Origin: an uncultured Solirubrobacteraceae bacterium | GTDB lineage: Bacteria > Actinomycetota > Thermoleophilia > Solirubrobacterales > Solirubrobacteraceae | NCBI GenBank assembly: GCA_963760785.1 | Contig: CAVXEL010000001.1 | Span: 219,866 to 283,865 of the forward strand | Direction of reading: 5' to 3' | Length of the DNA: 64,000 nt | Shown here: one piece after another, positions 10,810-20,682 of the stretch | Layout of the letters: every line of letters begins with the position of its first letter | Numbering within the stretch: position 1 is the first letter of the stretch | Notes under the pieces: model-generated | Database searches by the model: none | What the model was told of the DNA's origin: nothing | Seen by the model: the letters and a program-made list of their open reading frames with translations, nothing else | Program-made: the position numbers and the translations under genes

Positions 10810-12764
10810 GCGCCGGCGCTGCCGGCCGCCGCGGGCGCCGGCGGCCCGCGTCGGGCGGCGCGGTTGTCGGTCTCGATGATCACCCGGCAGGGGCGCCGGC
10901 TGAGCAGGTAGGCGGCCGTCGGACCGATGCCGCTGCTCGCCCGCGGGGGCGTGGATCGTGGACCAGTAGATGACGTCCGAGCCGACCCGTTCGGCTTCCT
11001 CGACGAGGGCCGAGCCGGGGTTGCGGGTGCGGATCAGGCCGGTGCGGATCTTGATGCCCCGGCGTTTGGCCTGGATGCGGGCGCTCTCCAGCACCGAGCG
11101 GCCCTGCGCCTCCTCCTCCTCCAGCCCCGCCTCGAGCGAGAGCTGGCTGCGGCACGGGCAGCACGAAGATCGCGTAGACGACCCCGTCTTCGCCGATCAG
11201 CTTCGCGGCCGCCTTCAGGGCGGACGCGCTGACGTCCGTAGCCGAAGATCGGCACCAGCGCCGTGCGGTAGTCGAGCTCCTGGAAGTCCGCCGGGCGCTC
11301 CGGGCGGGGAAGGCTTGTAGGACTTGCGGGGATCCAGTCCCTGGCGCTTTCGGTAGTAGTAGTAGCCGGCCATGCCGGCGATCATCCAGGGGATGCCCGA
11401 CGAGCCTGGCCTCGCCGTGGAGCACCGTGACGGCGACCCAGGCCGCCGCCGTGCCGATACCGCCGATCACCGCCGTCATCGGGATCTCGACGCCGCGTAT
11501 TCGCACATCCCAGGGAGCCTTGTAGGGCCGTTCGCGGTCGGGGTCCTTGACGCGCAGCGCCACGATCGCGGCGTGCGCGATCGTGAACGAGAGCATCGCG
11601 CCGAACGAGTAGAGGTTGCCCAGCACTTCGGTGTTGCCGTACAGGATCAGCGCGCAGGCGAAGGCCGAGAAGAACATCAGCGTGAACCAGGGCGTGCGGA
11701 AGCGCGGGTGCAGCCGCGAGAAGATCTGCGGCAGCTGACGGTGCTCGGACAGCGACCACGACAGGCGCGAGATGCCGATCATGCCCGCGTTGGTGGCGAT
11801 GAACAGGATCGTCGCGGCGAGGATGCCGACGTAGTACTGGGCGAACTTCAGCACCGTCCCGTGCAGCCCCAGCCGCGAGATCACCCCGAGGATCGGGTCG
11901 TTTTCGAAGAAGTGCCCCAGCGCCGTCGCATAGCCTGGTTGGGTGAAGGTCTGTTTGAGCTCGGGGCTGTAGCCGACGCCGTGGTGGATCACGGGCAGCG
12001 CCGAGAGGGCCACGACCGAGATGCCCGCGTACACGCGCGAGCACGGCGATGACGACCAGGTTGACGGCCTTCGGCACCTGCTTGCCGGGGTCGGTGGACT
12101 CCTCGGCCATGTTCGCCACGGTCTCGATCCCCGTATAGGCGAGCATCGCCAGCGACAGGGCGAAGATCAGTTCTTTCCATGTCGGGGCCACGCCGAGGTG
12201 GACCTGGTTGACCAGCAGCGAGGGGTTCAGCACCAGCACCGCACCCACCGCCACCAGCAGGATCTGCGTGCTCAGGTCGACGATCGCGAGGACGAAGTTC
12301 AGCTTCGCCGACTCGCCCAGGCCCCGGATGTTCAGAGCGGTCAGCGCGACGACGACGATCAGGCCGCCGACAATGTCGCCGGGGTTGTGCTTGAGCGCGC
12401 GAAGGCCCGGGAACGCACTCAGGTAGTGGGGCACGAAGAACGCCGAGATCGCGATCGTGAGGATGTAGTCGAGGCTCAGCGCCCAGCCGGCGAAGAAGGA
12501 GACCACGTCGTTGAAGGCGTGCCGGGCGAACGAGGAGGAGCCTCCCGCTTCGGGGAACATCGAGGCGCCCTCGGCGTAGGTTTTCGCGGTCAGCGCGAAC
12601 AGCCCGCCGGCGAACAGGAACACCAGCGGGGTGAGACCGAGGGCGTGCGCGGCGACCAGGCCGAGCGCGTAGTAGATCGACGAGCCGACGTTCCCGTAGG
12701 CCGTCGCGAACATGCCCGACACGCCAACCGACTTGCGCAGTCCATGCTCGGAGAGGCGTGCCAT
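10799..12764 (-). CDS. APC-family amino acid permease with C-terminal USP-like domain (frameshifted; end approximate)
   Basis: AYGNVGSSIYY, EAGGSSSFAR, YTGIETVANMAEE, HPRFRTPW, LYSFGAMLSF; C-terminal RTRNPGSALVEEA. Confidence 0.88.
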
Positions 12765-12908
12765 CGGCCGTGGAGGCTATCGACGCCGGGCGCCGGGCGT
12801 GGCGCCTCGAGACCCGTGCATGCAAGAAGCCATGCACCGCAGTCGGCCGTGAAGGAACCGGCCGTATGATCCCGACGAGCCGCGGCAGCTGCGAGCTCGG
12901 CGACGCAA

Positions 12909-13385
12909 ATGGAAACCGCCCGACGCGAAAACTACGACTCCGGCGAGGACTTCGTCCTCGAATACGGCGAGCTCCGCTTCACGTTCAACGAGGCCGACTT
13001 CTCCCAGCGCTGCGAGCAGGCTGCGCTGAAGCTCGGATTCGTCGGCGGGCGCCTCGGCCAGGAGGAGCTCGAAGACCTGGTCAACCTCGCCGTCAACGGC
13101 GAGATCATCGATCCGGCCTCGGGCCTCGGCGAACACGTCAACGACTGCTGGCCCGAGCTGGTCGGGCCGGCCGAGCGCTCCCTGGTGCACTGGCTGCGGC
13201 GCCTCGTCTTCCGCGGCGCCTGGCTGGACCAGCGCGTCAAGGAGGGCGAGCTCGGCGTCGCCTTCGACGAGCGCAGCGGCAGCTTCGCCTACGTCCAGCC
13301 CGCCCGCACCGGCGCCGTCGGCGCGGGCGAGCCGATCGAGCTGGCTCCCGAGCCCTCATGGGGCCGGGTCGCCTACCGCCGCTGA
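12909..13385 (+). CDS. Hypothetical protein
   Basis: Clean 158-aa ORF with host-like codon usage and globular composition; family not recognised. Confidence 0.75.
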   Translation: METARRENYDSGEDFVLEYGELRFTFNEADFSQRCEQAALKLGFVGGRLGQEELEDLVNLAVNGEIIDPASGLGEHVNDCWPELVGPAERSLVHWLRRLVFRGAWLDQRVKEGELGVAFDERSGSFAYVQPARTGAVGAGEPIELAPEPSWGRVAYRR

Positions 13386-14697
13386 AGCTCTGCTGGCCTC
13401 CAGCGCCGCGGCGCGGGCCTTCCTGATCGCCTCGGCGCCGTCCTCGCCGACCAGCAGCTCGACCTGCAGCGTGCTGCTCGCCGCGAGATCGAGGATCGGC
13501 TGGCGTCCGGTCGAGGCCAAGCCCTCGTCGAGGGCGATCACGGTCGTCTCGCCTCCGAGCGGCGCGCCGGCCGTCGCGATCAGCGTCAGCGACCCGGCCT
13601 CGCGCAGGTTGCGGGCCGCGGCCAGCACGCGACGGGCAGCCTGCGGCGCGAGCCCGTCGAGGCCGTCGACCAGCACGACCGCATCGCCGCCTCGGGCCGC
13701 CAGCCGCTTGGCTGTGTCGAGCGCCCGCTCGACCGCCTGTGACTGCGAGTCCGCCGAGGCGGCGAAGCTGAGCGCCGCCACCGGGCGCGGGCGTCGCCTC
13801 CTGCCACTGGGCGATCTCCTCCGGCCGGGCGCCGGCCAGCACGACGCTGACCTCGAGGCCCTCGCGGTCCTTCAACGCCTCGAACAGCCGTCGCAGCGTC
13901 TCGGACTTGCCCGCCGCCCGGGGCCCGACGATCGTCGCCCGCGAGCCCTTGCCCAGCGGCGTGAGCCACTCGATCGCCTCGAGCGTCGGGTCCTGGGCGC
14001 CCAGCGCCAGCCGCTCGCTGGGCCAGGCCACGGGGAGGTCCTCGTAGCGGGCGCCGTCCGAGACGGCGTCGGCGGGCGAGCCGTTGATCGTGTCGATCCG
14101 GACCAGCGACGGATAGCGCTCCGAGCGGCGGGGCGTGCGGACGGGCCCGGCGACGCGGTCGCCCGAGACGAGCTCGCAGCGGCGCACCTGCGCGGCGGAG
14201 ATGTAGACGTCCTCGTCGGAGGGCTCGGGCGGGTCGATGCGCAGGAACGCCGATCCGTTGCCCAGCACGTCGACGACGCCCTCGGCGACGCGCTCCTCCC
14301 GCTCGGCGTCCTCGGCGGCGGGGCGGGCAGCGCCCTCTCCCCTCTCGCCGCGTCCTCGGCCACGGCCACGGCGCGAGCGCGAGCGACCCTCCTCGGCGTC
14401 CTCCTGGACCTCGGCCTCCTCCTCAGGTTCGGCGTCGGCCTCCTCGGCCTCCTCGGAGTCCTCTTTGCCCCGGCGCAGGCGGGGGGTGCGGCGTTTGCGG
14501 GCCCTGGCTCGCGGCGCAGGCTCGCCCTCGCCGCCCTCGTCGCCCGACGCGGCCTCGCTGGAGGGCTCGCCCAGGATCGCGTCGATCAGGTCCGCCTTGC
14601 GCAGGCGCCGGAAGCCGTCGAGGCCGATCTGGTCTGCGATCGCGTGGAGATCGGCCAGCGGGCTCGCCTCCAGCTCGGAGCGGTCGAGTACAGCCAT
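13356..14697 (-). CDS. rho: Rho termination factor homologue with degenerate ATPase domain (one indel near 13785)
   Basis: N-terminal LADLHAIADQIGLDGFRRLRKADLIDAIL; OB fold DVYISAAQVRRCELVSGD; PLGKGSRATIVG, RPEE, ARNLREAGSLTLIATA. Confidence 0.85.
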
Positions 14698-14845
14698 GGG
14701 GTGTTCCCTCTCTTCTCTTGGATGGGCGGTTGGCGTCCCGCCGCGTTGGTCAGCGGCAGGCACCCGTGAACGCCTTCAGCCTAGCGTCTGCACCGGCGCA
14801 CCCGCGGCGGGCTCGCGCCCGGGGCGGTGGCCCGAGAGGCTCCGT

Positions 14846-15757
14846 TCAGTCGGCTCCGATCCGGTCGTGGCGGATCTCCTCGATCAGCCGCACGTCCTCG
14901 CTGACGTGGGCCTCCGCGCGCAGCGCGGCCCGCACAGCCAGGTAGTCGGCCGCCGGGCTGATGTCGTGCAGTCGGAAGATGTGCGCCCCGTGGTCGAGGC
15001 CGTGAGCCAGCGCGGCGAGCGTGCCGCCGAGGCGCTCGCGGGGACGACGCCCGGTCAGCGCGCCGATGAAGTCCTTGCGCGAGATCGCCATCAGCACGGG
15101 CCTGCCGAGCTCGTGCATGTGCCCCACCTCGGAGAGCAGCTCGATCGTCTGCGCCGGCGTCTTGGCGAAGTCCGGCCCAGGGTCGACGATCAGCTGCTCG
15201 CGCTTCATCCCTCGCGACACCGCCAGCTCGATCCTGATGCGCAGGAACTCCAGTACCTCGGCGACGATGTCGCCGTAGAGGTCGGGCTCCTGACGGCGTT
15301 CGCGGGGGGCGGCGGCGGTGTGCATGAGAACCAGTCCGGCGCCGCTCGCCGCGCAGACGTCCGCCAGCTCGGGGTCGCGCAGGCCGCTGACGTCGTTGAC
15401 GATGCTCGCGCCGGCCTCGATCGCCGCCCGCGCCACGGCAGGCTTGTAGGTGTCGACCGAGACCGTCGCGCCGAGCTCGTTCACGACGAGCTCGATCAGC
15501 GGCACGACCCGCTCGATCTCCTGCCGCTCGGGGACGGGGGGCCGCCCGGTGGTGGCCGACTCGCCGCCGACGTCCAGGATGTCGGCCCCGGCTGCCAGCA
15601 GCTCCCTGGCGAGGCGCATCTGCGCCTCCAGCCCGTCGTGCAGGCCGCCGTCGCTGAAGGAGTCCGGCGAGGCGTTGACGATGCCCATCAGCCAGGGGCG
15701 CTCGCACAGCTCCACGTCGAGCGAGCGCGCGGTGAGGCGTCTGGGCGGGGCCATCAT
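14846..15757 (-). CDS. folP: Dihydropteroate synthase
   Basis: MGIVNASPDSFSDGG, DVGGES, SVDTYK, NDVSG, VDPGPDFAKT, ISRKDF, RLHD. Confidence 0.95.
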   Translation of the reverse strand: MMAPPRRLTARSLDVELCERPWLMGIVNASPDSFSDGGLHDGLEAQMRLARELLAAGADILDVGGESATTGRPPVPERQEIERVVPLIELVVNELGATVSVDTYKPAVARAAIEAGASIVNDVSGLRDPELADVCAASGAGLVLMHTAAAPRERRQEPDLYGDIVAEVLEFLRIRIELAVSRGMKREQLIVDPGPDFAKTPAQTIELLSEVGHMHELGRPVLMAISRKDFIGALTGRRPRERLGGTLAALAHGLDHGAHIFRLHDISPAADYLAVRAALRAEAHVSEDVRLIEEIRHDRIGAD

Positions 15758-17571
15758 GGTGCGGCCTCCGGGGCGCTGGGCGCGAGGTAGGCGGCGCGCT
15801 CGCCGCGCTGCGCCCCGGCGGCGATCCCCTCGGCACGAGCCTCCGCGGCGAACGCGTCCAGCTCGCTCGCCAGGCGCGATTCGTTCCAGCCGAGCTCGCG
15901 TGCCAGAACGTCTGCGACCCGTCCCAGCGGCGAGCCCGTCGGCGGGTCCTGCTCGCCCTTCCCGGTCAGCTCACGGGCCGCCAGCAGCCCGAGGCGGGTG
16001 CGGCGCAGCAGCGCATCGCCGATGCTGCGCGCCTGCTCGAGGCGGGCTGCCAGTGCCACCTCGGCCAGCAGGTCGGGGCAGCCGGGCACGATCGCCTGGG
16101 CCAGCTCTCCGCGCTCGCCGGCGATCGCGAGCACCTCGTGGGCGCCGTGGCCGTACCGGCCGGCCAGCGCCGCGTAGGCCTCCTCGGCGACCCCCTCGAC
16201 GCGGGGCAGCTCCTCGACGGCGACGGCCTGTCCGAGCGGTATTTCGTGCGTGCGGCAGGGCGCCTCGCGTGCGTCGCGCTCGACCAGCCGGTCGACCGTC
16301 ATCTTCGCCATCCGCCGCCAGGTCGTCAGCTTGCCGCCGGTGATGGTGATCATTCCCGAGGAGGTCTCGTAGAGCTCGGCCTTGCGGGAGATGTCGACCG
16401 ACTTCTTCGGGTCGCCGGTCGAGATCAGCGGGCGGACGCCGGCGAAGGCTCCGGTCAGCCGATCCGGGCCGAGCTCGGTCCCGAAGAACTCGTTGACGGC
16501 GCTGAGCAGGTAGTCGATGTCCTCGCCCGAGGGCTCGATGTGATCCAGCGGGCCCTCGTAGTCGTTGTCGGTGGTGCCGATCAGCGCATGCCCGAGCCAC
16601 GGCAGCGCGAAGATCGAGCGCCCCGAGCCGGCGGGGACGATCGCCCCGCCGAGGAGCGGCAGGTCCTCGAAGCTGACCGTGATGTGCGTGCCGCGGCTCG
16701 GCCGGATCCGGGGCAGCTCGGCCTCCTGGTGGAGCTCCTGCGGGCGCAGCTGGTCGGCCCACACGCCGGTCGCGTTGATCACGTTCTCGGCCCGCACGTC
16801 GAAGCACTCGCCCGACTCGACGTCGCTGACCTGCACGCCGCTGGCGCGCCCGTCGCGCTCCAGCAGACCCGTCACGTCGAGGCGGTTCGCGCAGACCGCG
16901 CCGAAGCGCTCCGCCTCGCCCAGCACGGTCAGCACCAGGCGGGAGTCGTCGGTCTGGCAGTCGTAGAACAGGTAGCCGCTGGTGGGCTCGCGGCCGGCCA
17001 GGGCGGGCACCAGCTCGAGCACCTCCTCGCCGGAGACGATCCTGTGGCGGGCCGGGCTCCAGGACTCCTCCTGCTTGCGAAGCGCTCCCGATGGGGTGTG
17101 CCCCTTCATGGGGTGCTCGGCCCCCTCCGCGGGCTCGGCGCGCGAGCGCTCGCCGCGGGCGCGACGCGAGCGGCGGGAGCGAAGCCGGTCGCGATCGACC
17201 GACATCACGTCGTACAGGTTCAGCCCCACCCCCACCAGGCGGTCGGGCCGCGCCCCCTCGAATGCCGGCACGACAAGCGGCAGGGGGCGAACCAGGTGAG
17301 GTGCGAGAGCGACCATCAGGCTGCGCTCCAGCAACGCCTCGCGCACCAGGCCGAGGTCGAAGTTCTGCAGGTAGCGGAGCCCGCCGTGGACCAGCTTGCT
17401 CGAGCGGCTGGAGGTGCCCGAGGCGAAGTCGGCTCGCTCCACCAGCGCGACGCTGTAGCCCCGCGAGGCGGCGTCCAGTGCGACGCCGGCGCCGGTGATG
17501 CCGCCGCCGACCACGACCACGTCGAACTCGTCGCCGGCGAGGGCGGCCAGTGCCTGGCTGCGCGCGATCAC
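15754..17571 (-). CDS. glpD: FAD-dependent glycerol-3-phosphate dehydrogenase/oxidase
   Basis: VVGGGITG, GTSSRSSKLVHGGLRYL, AGVRPL, GGKLTTWR, RRTRLG. Confidence 0.93.
   Translation of the reverse strand: MIARSQALAALAGDEFDVVVVGGGITGAGVALDAASRGYSVALVERADFASGTSSRSSKLVHGGLRYLQNFDLGLVREALLERSLMVALAPHLVRPLPLVVPAFEGARPDRLVGVGLNLYDVMSVDRDRLRSRRSRRARGERSRAEPAEGAEHPMKGHTPSGALRKQEESWSPARHRIVSGEEVLELVPALAGREPTSGYLFYDCQTDDSRLVLTVLGEAERFGAVCANRLDVTGLLERDGRASGVQVSDVESGECFDVRAENVINATGVWADQLRPQELHQEAELPRIRPSRGTHITVSFEDLPLLGGAIVPAGSGRSIFALPWLGHALIGTTDNDYEGPLDHIEPSGEDIDYLLSAVNEFFGTELGPDRLTGAFAGVRPLISTGDPKKSVDISRKAELYETSSGMITITGGKLTTWRRMAKMTVDRLVERDAREAPCRTHEIPLGQAVAVEELPRVEGVAEEAYAALAGRYGHGAHEVLAIAGERGELAQAIVPGCPDLLAEVALAARLEQARSIGDALLRRTRLGLLAARELTGKGEQDPPTGSPLGRVADVLARELGWNESRLASELDAFAAEARAEGIAAGAQRGERAAYLAPSAPEAAP
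17076..17115. repeat. 40-bp dispersed repeat, copy B (within a low-complexity insertion in glpD)
   Basis: tgcgaagcgctcccgatggggtgtgccccttcatggggtg; 34/40 identical to 3377-3416; encodes HPMKGHTPSGALR. Confidence 0.7.
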
Positions 17572-17620
17572 GAGCGCAAGTCTCGCAGAGGCGGGACTCG
17601 CCCGGGAGGGGCGCCTGGGG

Positions 17621-19105
17621 TCAGATGTTGGCCAGCTCGGCGGTGATTTCGCTGACGGCCGACTTGGCGTCGCCGAACAGCATCTCGGTCTTCGGGTCGT
17701 AGTACAGCTCGTTTTCGATGCCGGCGAAGCCGGGGTTCATCGAGCGCTTGATCACGATCACCGAGTGGCTGTCGGAGACTTCGAGGATCGGCATCCCGTA
17801 GATCGGCGAGGAGGGCGTGTTCTTGGCCGCCGGGTTGGTGACGTCGTTGGCGCCGATCACCAGCGAGACGTCGGTGCGCTGGAACTCCGGGTTGGCATCG
17901 TCCATCTCCTTGAGCTGGTCGTAGGGCACGTCGGCCTCGGCCAGCAGCACGTTCATGTGCCCCGGCATCCGTCCCGCCACCGGATGGATCGCGTAGCTGA
18001 CTTCCACGCCGCGTTTTTCGAGCTCCTTGGTGAGCTCGCGAACGGCGTGCTGGGCCTGCGCGACGGCCATCCCGTAGCCGGGGACGATCACGACGCGGTT
18101 GGCGTAGGCGAGCTGGATGGCTGCGTCGGCGGCGGTCGTCGAGCGGACGGTTCCCGCGTGCTCGCCGGCGCCGCTGGCGCCCTCGATCGCGCCGCCGCCT
18201 CCGAACCCGCCGGCCATGATCGCGGGGATCGAGCGGTTCATCGCGACGGCCATGAGGTTCGTGAGGATCGAGCCGGACGCTCCCACGAGCATGCCCGCGA
18301 CGATCAGCGCCGGGTTGTTCAGCGCGATCCCCGTGGCAGCCGCCGAAAGCCCCGTGAAGGCGTTCAGCATCGAGATCACCACTGGCATGTCCGCACCGCC
18401 GATCGGCAGCACGATGGCGTTGCCGAGCAGCGCGGCGAAGAACAGCATGCCGATGAACAGGAGTTCGGAATGTGCCCCGGCGACCAGGTCGGCCCCGGCA
18501 GCGACCGCCAGCACCAGCAGCACCAGGTTGACCACCTGCTGGGCCGAGCCGAGCGAGATCGGCCGGCCCGGGATCAGTTCCTGGAGCTTTCCGAAGGCGA
18601 TGTTCGAGCCCCAGAAGGAGATCGACCCGACGATCGCGGCGAACACGGAGAAGACCGCCACATACGTCGCGACGGCGCCGCCGCTGATCGTCACCGTGCC
18701 GAACCGGCCGATCAGGTGGATGGTGTGGGAGCCGTAGGTGGAGCCGTGTCGGCGGAACTCGGCCCAGGCGATCAGGAAGACCGCCCCGCCTCCGACGCCG
18801 TTGAACAGGGCCACCATCTGCGGCATCGCCGTCATCCTCACCTGGCGGGCAGCCGGCACGCCGACGGCCGCGCCGAGCGCCACGCCCAGCACGATCAGGC
18901 CCCAGTTGCCCTCGTTCGGGTTGAGCAGCGTGGCGACGATCGCGATCGCCATCCCGACCGCGGCGATGCGGTTGCCGCGAACCGCCGTCGTCGGTCCAGA
19001 CAGGCCCCTGAGCCCCTGGATGAACAGGGAGAAGGCGATGATGTAGAGGACGTAGATGAAGCTTTCGCTCTGGATCCACGAGGTGGCCAGCGGCAGCGAG
19101 CTCAT
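17621..19105 (-). CDS. pntB: NAD(P) transhydrogenase subunit beta
   Basis: MTAMPQMVALFNGVGG, PIGGADMPVVIS, VPGYGMAVAQAQH, HPVAGRMPGHMNVLLAEA; ATG at 19105. Confidence 0.96.
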   Translation of the reverse strand: MSSLPLATSWIQSESFIYVLYIIAFSLFIQGLRGLSGPTTAVRGNRIAAVGMAIAIVATLLNPNEGNWGLIVLGVALGAAVGVPAARQVRMTAMPQMVALFNGVGGGAVFLIAWAEFRRHGSTYGSHTIHLIGRFGTVTISGGAVATYVAVFSVFAAIVGSISFWGSNIAFGKLQELIPGRPISLGSAQQVVNLVLLVLAVAAGADLVAGAHSELLFIGMLFFAALLGNAIVLPIGGADMPVVISMLNAFTGLSAAATGIALNNPALIVAGMLVGASGSILTNLMAVAMNRSIPAIMAGGFGGGGAIEGASGAGEHAGTVRSTTAADAAIQLAYANRVVIVPGYGMAVAQAQHAVRELTKELEKRGVEVSYAIHPVAGRMPGHMNVLLAEADVPYDQLKEMDDANPEFQRTDVSLVIGANDVTNPAAKNTPSSPIYGMPILEVSDSHSVIVIKRSMNPGFAGIENELYYDPKTEMLFGDAKSAVSEITAELANI

Positions 19106-19458
19106 CGGCTCTCCCCCTCTCCGCCGCCCTTCTCGCCTGAGCCCTGCGGGGTGTCCTCCTTGTGTTTGGGCTTGGCCTTGAACATCTCGAGCATGCGGTC
19201 GGTGACGAGGAAGCCACCGACGATGTTGATCGTGCCGAAGGTGATCGCGATCACGAGGATCACCCTGTTGAAGGTGTCGTTGCCCGAGAGGCCCACAACC
19301 AGCAGCGCGCCGACCAGCACGATCCCGTGGATCGCGTTGGTGCCCGACATCAGCGGCGTGTGCAGCGTGTTGGGAACCTTCGAGATCACCACGAAGCCGA
19401 TGAACCCGGCCAGCACGAGGATCGCGAGGTTGGTCGTCAGCGTGCTGGCGAGGATCAT
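19102..19458 (-). CDS. pntA: NAD(P) transhydrogenase subunit alpha, membrane part
   Basis: VPNTLHTPLMSGTNAIHG, INIVGGFLVTDRMLEMFK; ATGA overlaps at both ends. Confidence 0.95.
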   Translation of the reverse strand: MILASTLTTNLAILVLAGFIGFVVISKVPNTLHTPLMSGTNAIHGIVLVGALLVVGLSGNDTFNRVILVIAITFGTINIVGGFLVTDRMLEMFKAKPKHKEDTPQGSGEKGGGEGESR

Positions 19459-20585
19459 CGGGCCGCCTCCGCCGCGGCCTTGGCGCCGGGATTGACGATC
19501 TCCCCGGCACGCACCACGCAGGCACCCTTGATGATCTCGTCCTCGAAGTCCATCTGCAGCGAGCCGTCCTCGCCGACGAACAGCTCCAGCAGCGCCAGCA
19601 CGTTGCGAGCGAACAGCTGCGACGAGTGCTCGGCCATCGTCGCCGGAAGGTTCAGGGGCGAGACGATCTTGACCTCGTGGCGAACGACGGTCTGACCCGG
19701 CTCGGTCAGCTCGCAGTTGCCGCCCGCCTCCCCCGCCAGGTCGACGATCACCGAACCGGGCTTCATCCCTTCGACCGCCTCGGCCGTGACCAGCCGCGGC
19801 GCCGGGCGCCCGGGAACGAGGGCGGTGGTGATCACCACGTCGAAGCCCTTGATCGCGTCGGTCAGCCCCTGCTGCTGGCGCGCGCGCTCCTCGTCGGTCA
19901 GCTCGCGGGCGTAACCGCCCTCCCCGCTGGCGTCCACACCGACGTCCAGCCACTGCGCACCGAGCGATTCGACCTGCTCGGCGACCTCGGGGCGCACGTC
20001 GTATCCGGTCGTGCGAGCACCGAGGCGCTTGGCGGTGGCGAGCGCCTGGAGCCCGGCCACGCCGACGCCCAGCACCAGCACCTTTGCGGGCGGGATCGTG
20101 CCCGCGGCGGTCATCAGCATCGGGAAGAACCGCCCCAGCTCCTGCGCCCCGAGCAGCGCCGCGCGGTAGCCGGCCACGTTGCTCTGGGAGGAGAGGGCGT
20201 CCATCGCCTGCGCACGGGAGATGCGGGGGATCGCCTCCATCGCGAACGCCGTGGCGCCTGCCTGCGCCAGCGCGTTGGTCGTCTGCGGGCTGGTCAGGGG
20301 CGAGAGGAAGCCGATCAGGATCGAGCCGGACCCGAGGCCGCGGATCGCCTGCGGGTCGGGCGGCGCGATGCTCAGCACGATGTCGCTGCGCCACACCTCA
20401 TGGGCGTCCTCGGTGATCTCCGCGCCCGCCTCCCTGAAGGCGTCGTCGCCGAGCAGGGCGTCCGCGCCCGCGCCGCTCTGCACGAGGACGTCGAGGCCCT
20501 TGGCTCGCAGCTTGCTGACGACCTCCGGCACGAGCGCAACCCGGTGCTCTCCCGCCGCGGTCTCCTTCGGTACCCCGATCCGCAT
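19455..20585 (-). CDS. pntA: NAD(P) transhydrogenase subunit alpha, NAD(H)-binding part
   Basis: MRIGVPKET, PRISRAQAMDALSSQ, GVGVAGLQA, GGYAREL, ITTALVPG. Confidence 0.96.
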   Translation of the reverse strand: MRIGVPKETAAGEHRVALVPEVVSKLRAKGLDVLVQSGAGADALLGDDAFREAGAEITEDAHEVWRSDIVLSIAPPDPQAIRGLGSGSILIGFLSPLTSPQTTNALAQAGATAFAMEAIPRISRAQAMDALSSQSNVAGYRAALLGAQELGRFFPMLMTAAGTIPPAKVLVLGVGVAGLQALATAKRLGARTTGYDVRPEVAEQVESLGAQWLDVGVDASGEGGYARELTDEERARQQQGLTDAIKGFDVVITTALVPGRPAPRLVTAEAVEGMKPGSVIVDLAGEAGGNCELTEPGQTVVRHEVKIVSPLNLPATMAEHSSQLFARNVLALLELFVGEDGSLQMDFEDEIIKGACVVRAGEIVNPGAKAAAEAAR

Positions 20586-20598
20586 CTGAGGTGCGAGA

Positions 20599-20620
20599 AC
20601 GTATCCGATCGAACGGATGC
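20599..20620. promoter_or_regulatory. Palindrome GTATCCG-N6-CGGATGC upstream of pntA
   Basis: acgtatccgatcgaacggatgc; resembles 8305-8327. Confidence 0.4.
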
Positions 20621-20682
20621 GCGACGGCTGGGGCCTATGATTCGAGTCCGACCCGCCCGCGGCGGGACGGCAGCGGCCGACG

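Noticed and set aside
5633-13800. Programmed frameshifting or pseudogenisation of polA, malic enzyme and the permease
   Set aside because: Multiple scattered indels without consistent slippery sites; best explained as sequencing error.
14696-14715. Possible third copy of the 40-bp repeat (atggggtgttccc)
   Set aside because: Only ~12 nt match, and it is the reverse complement of the rho RBS and start codon.
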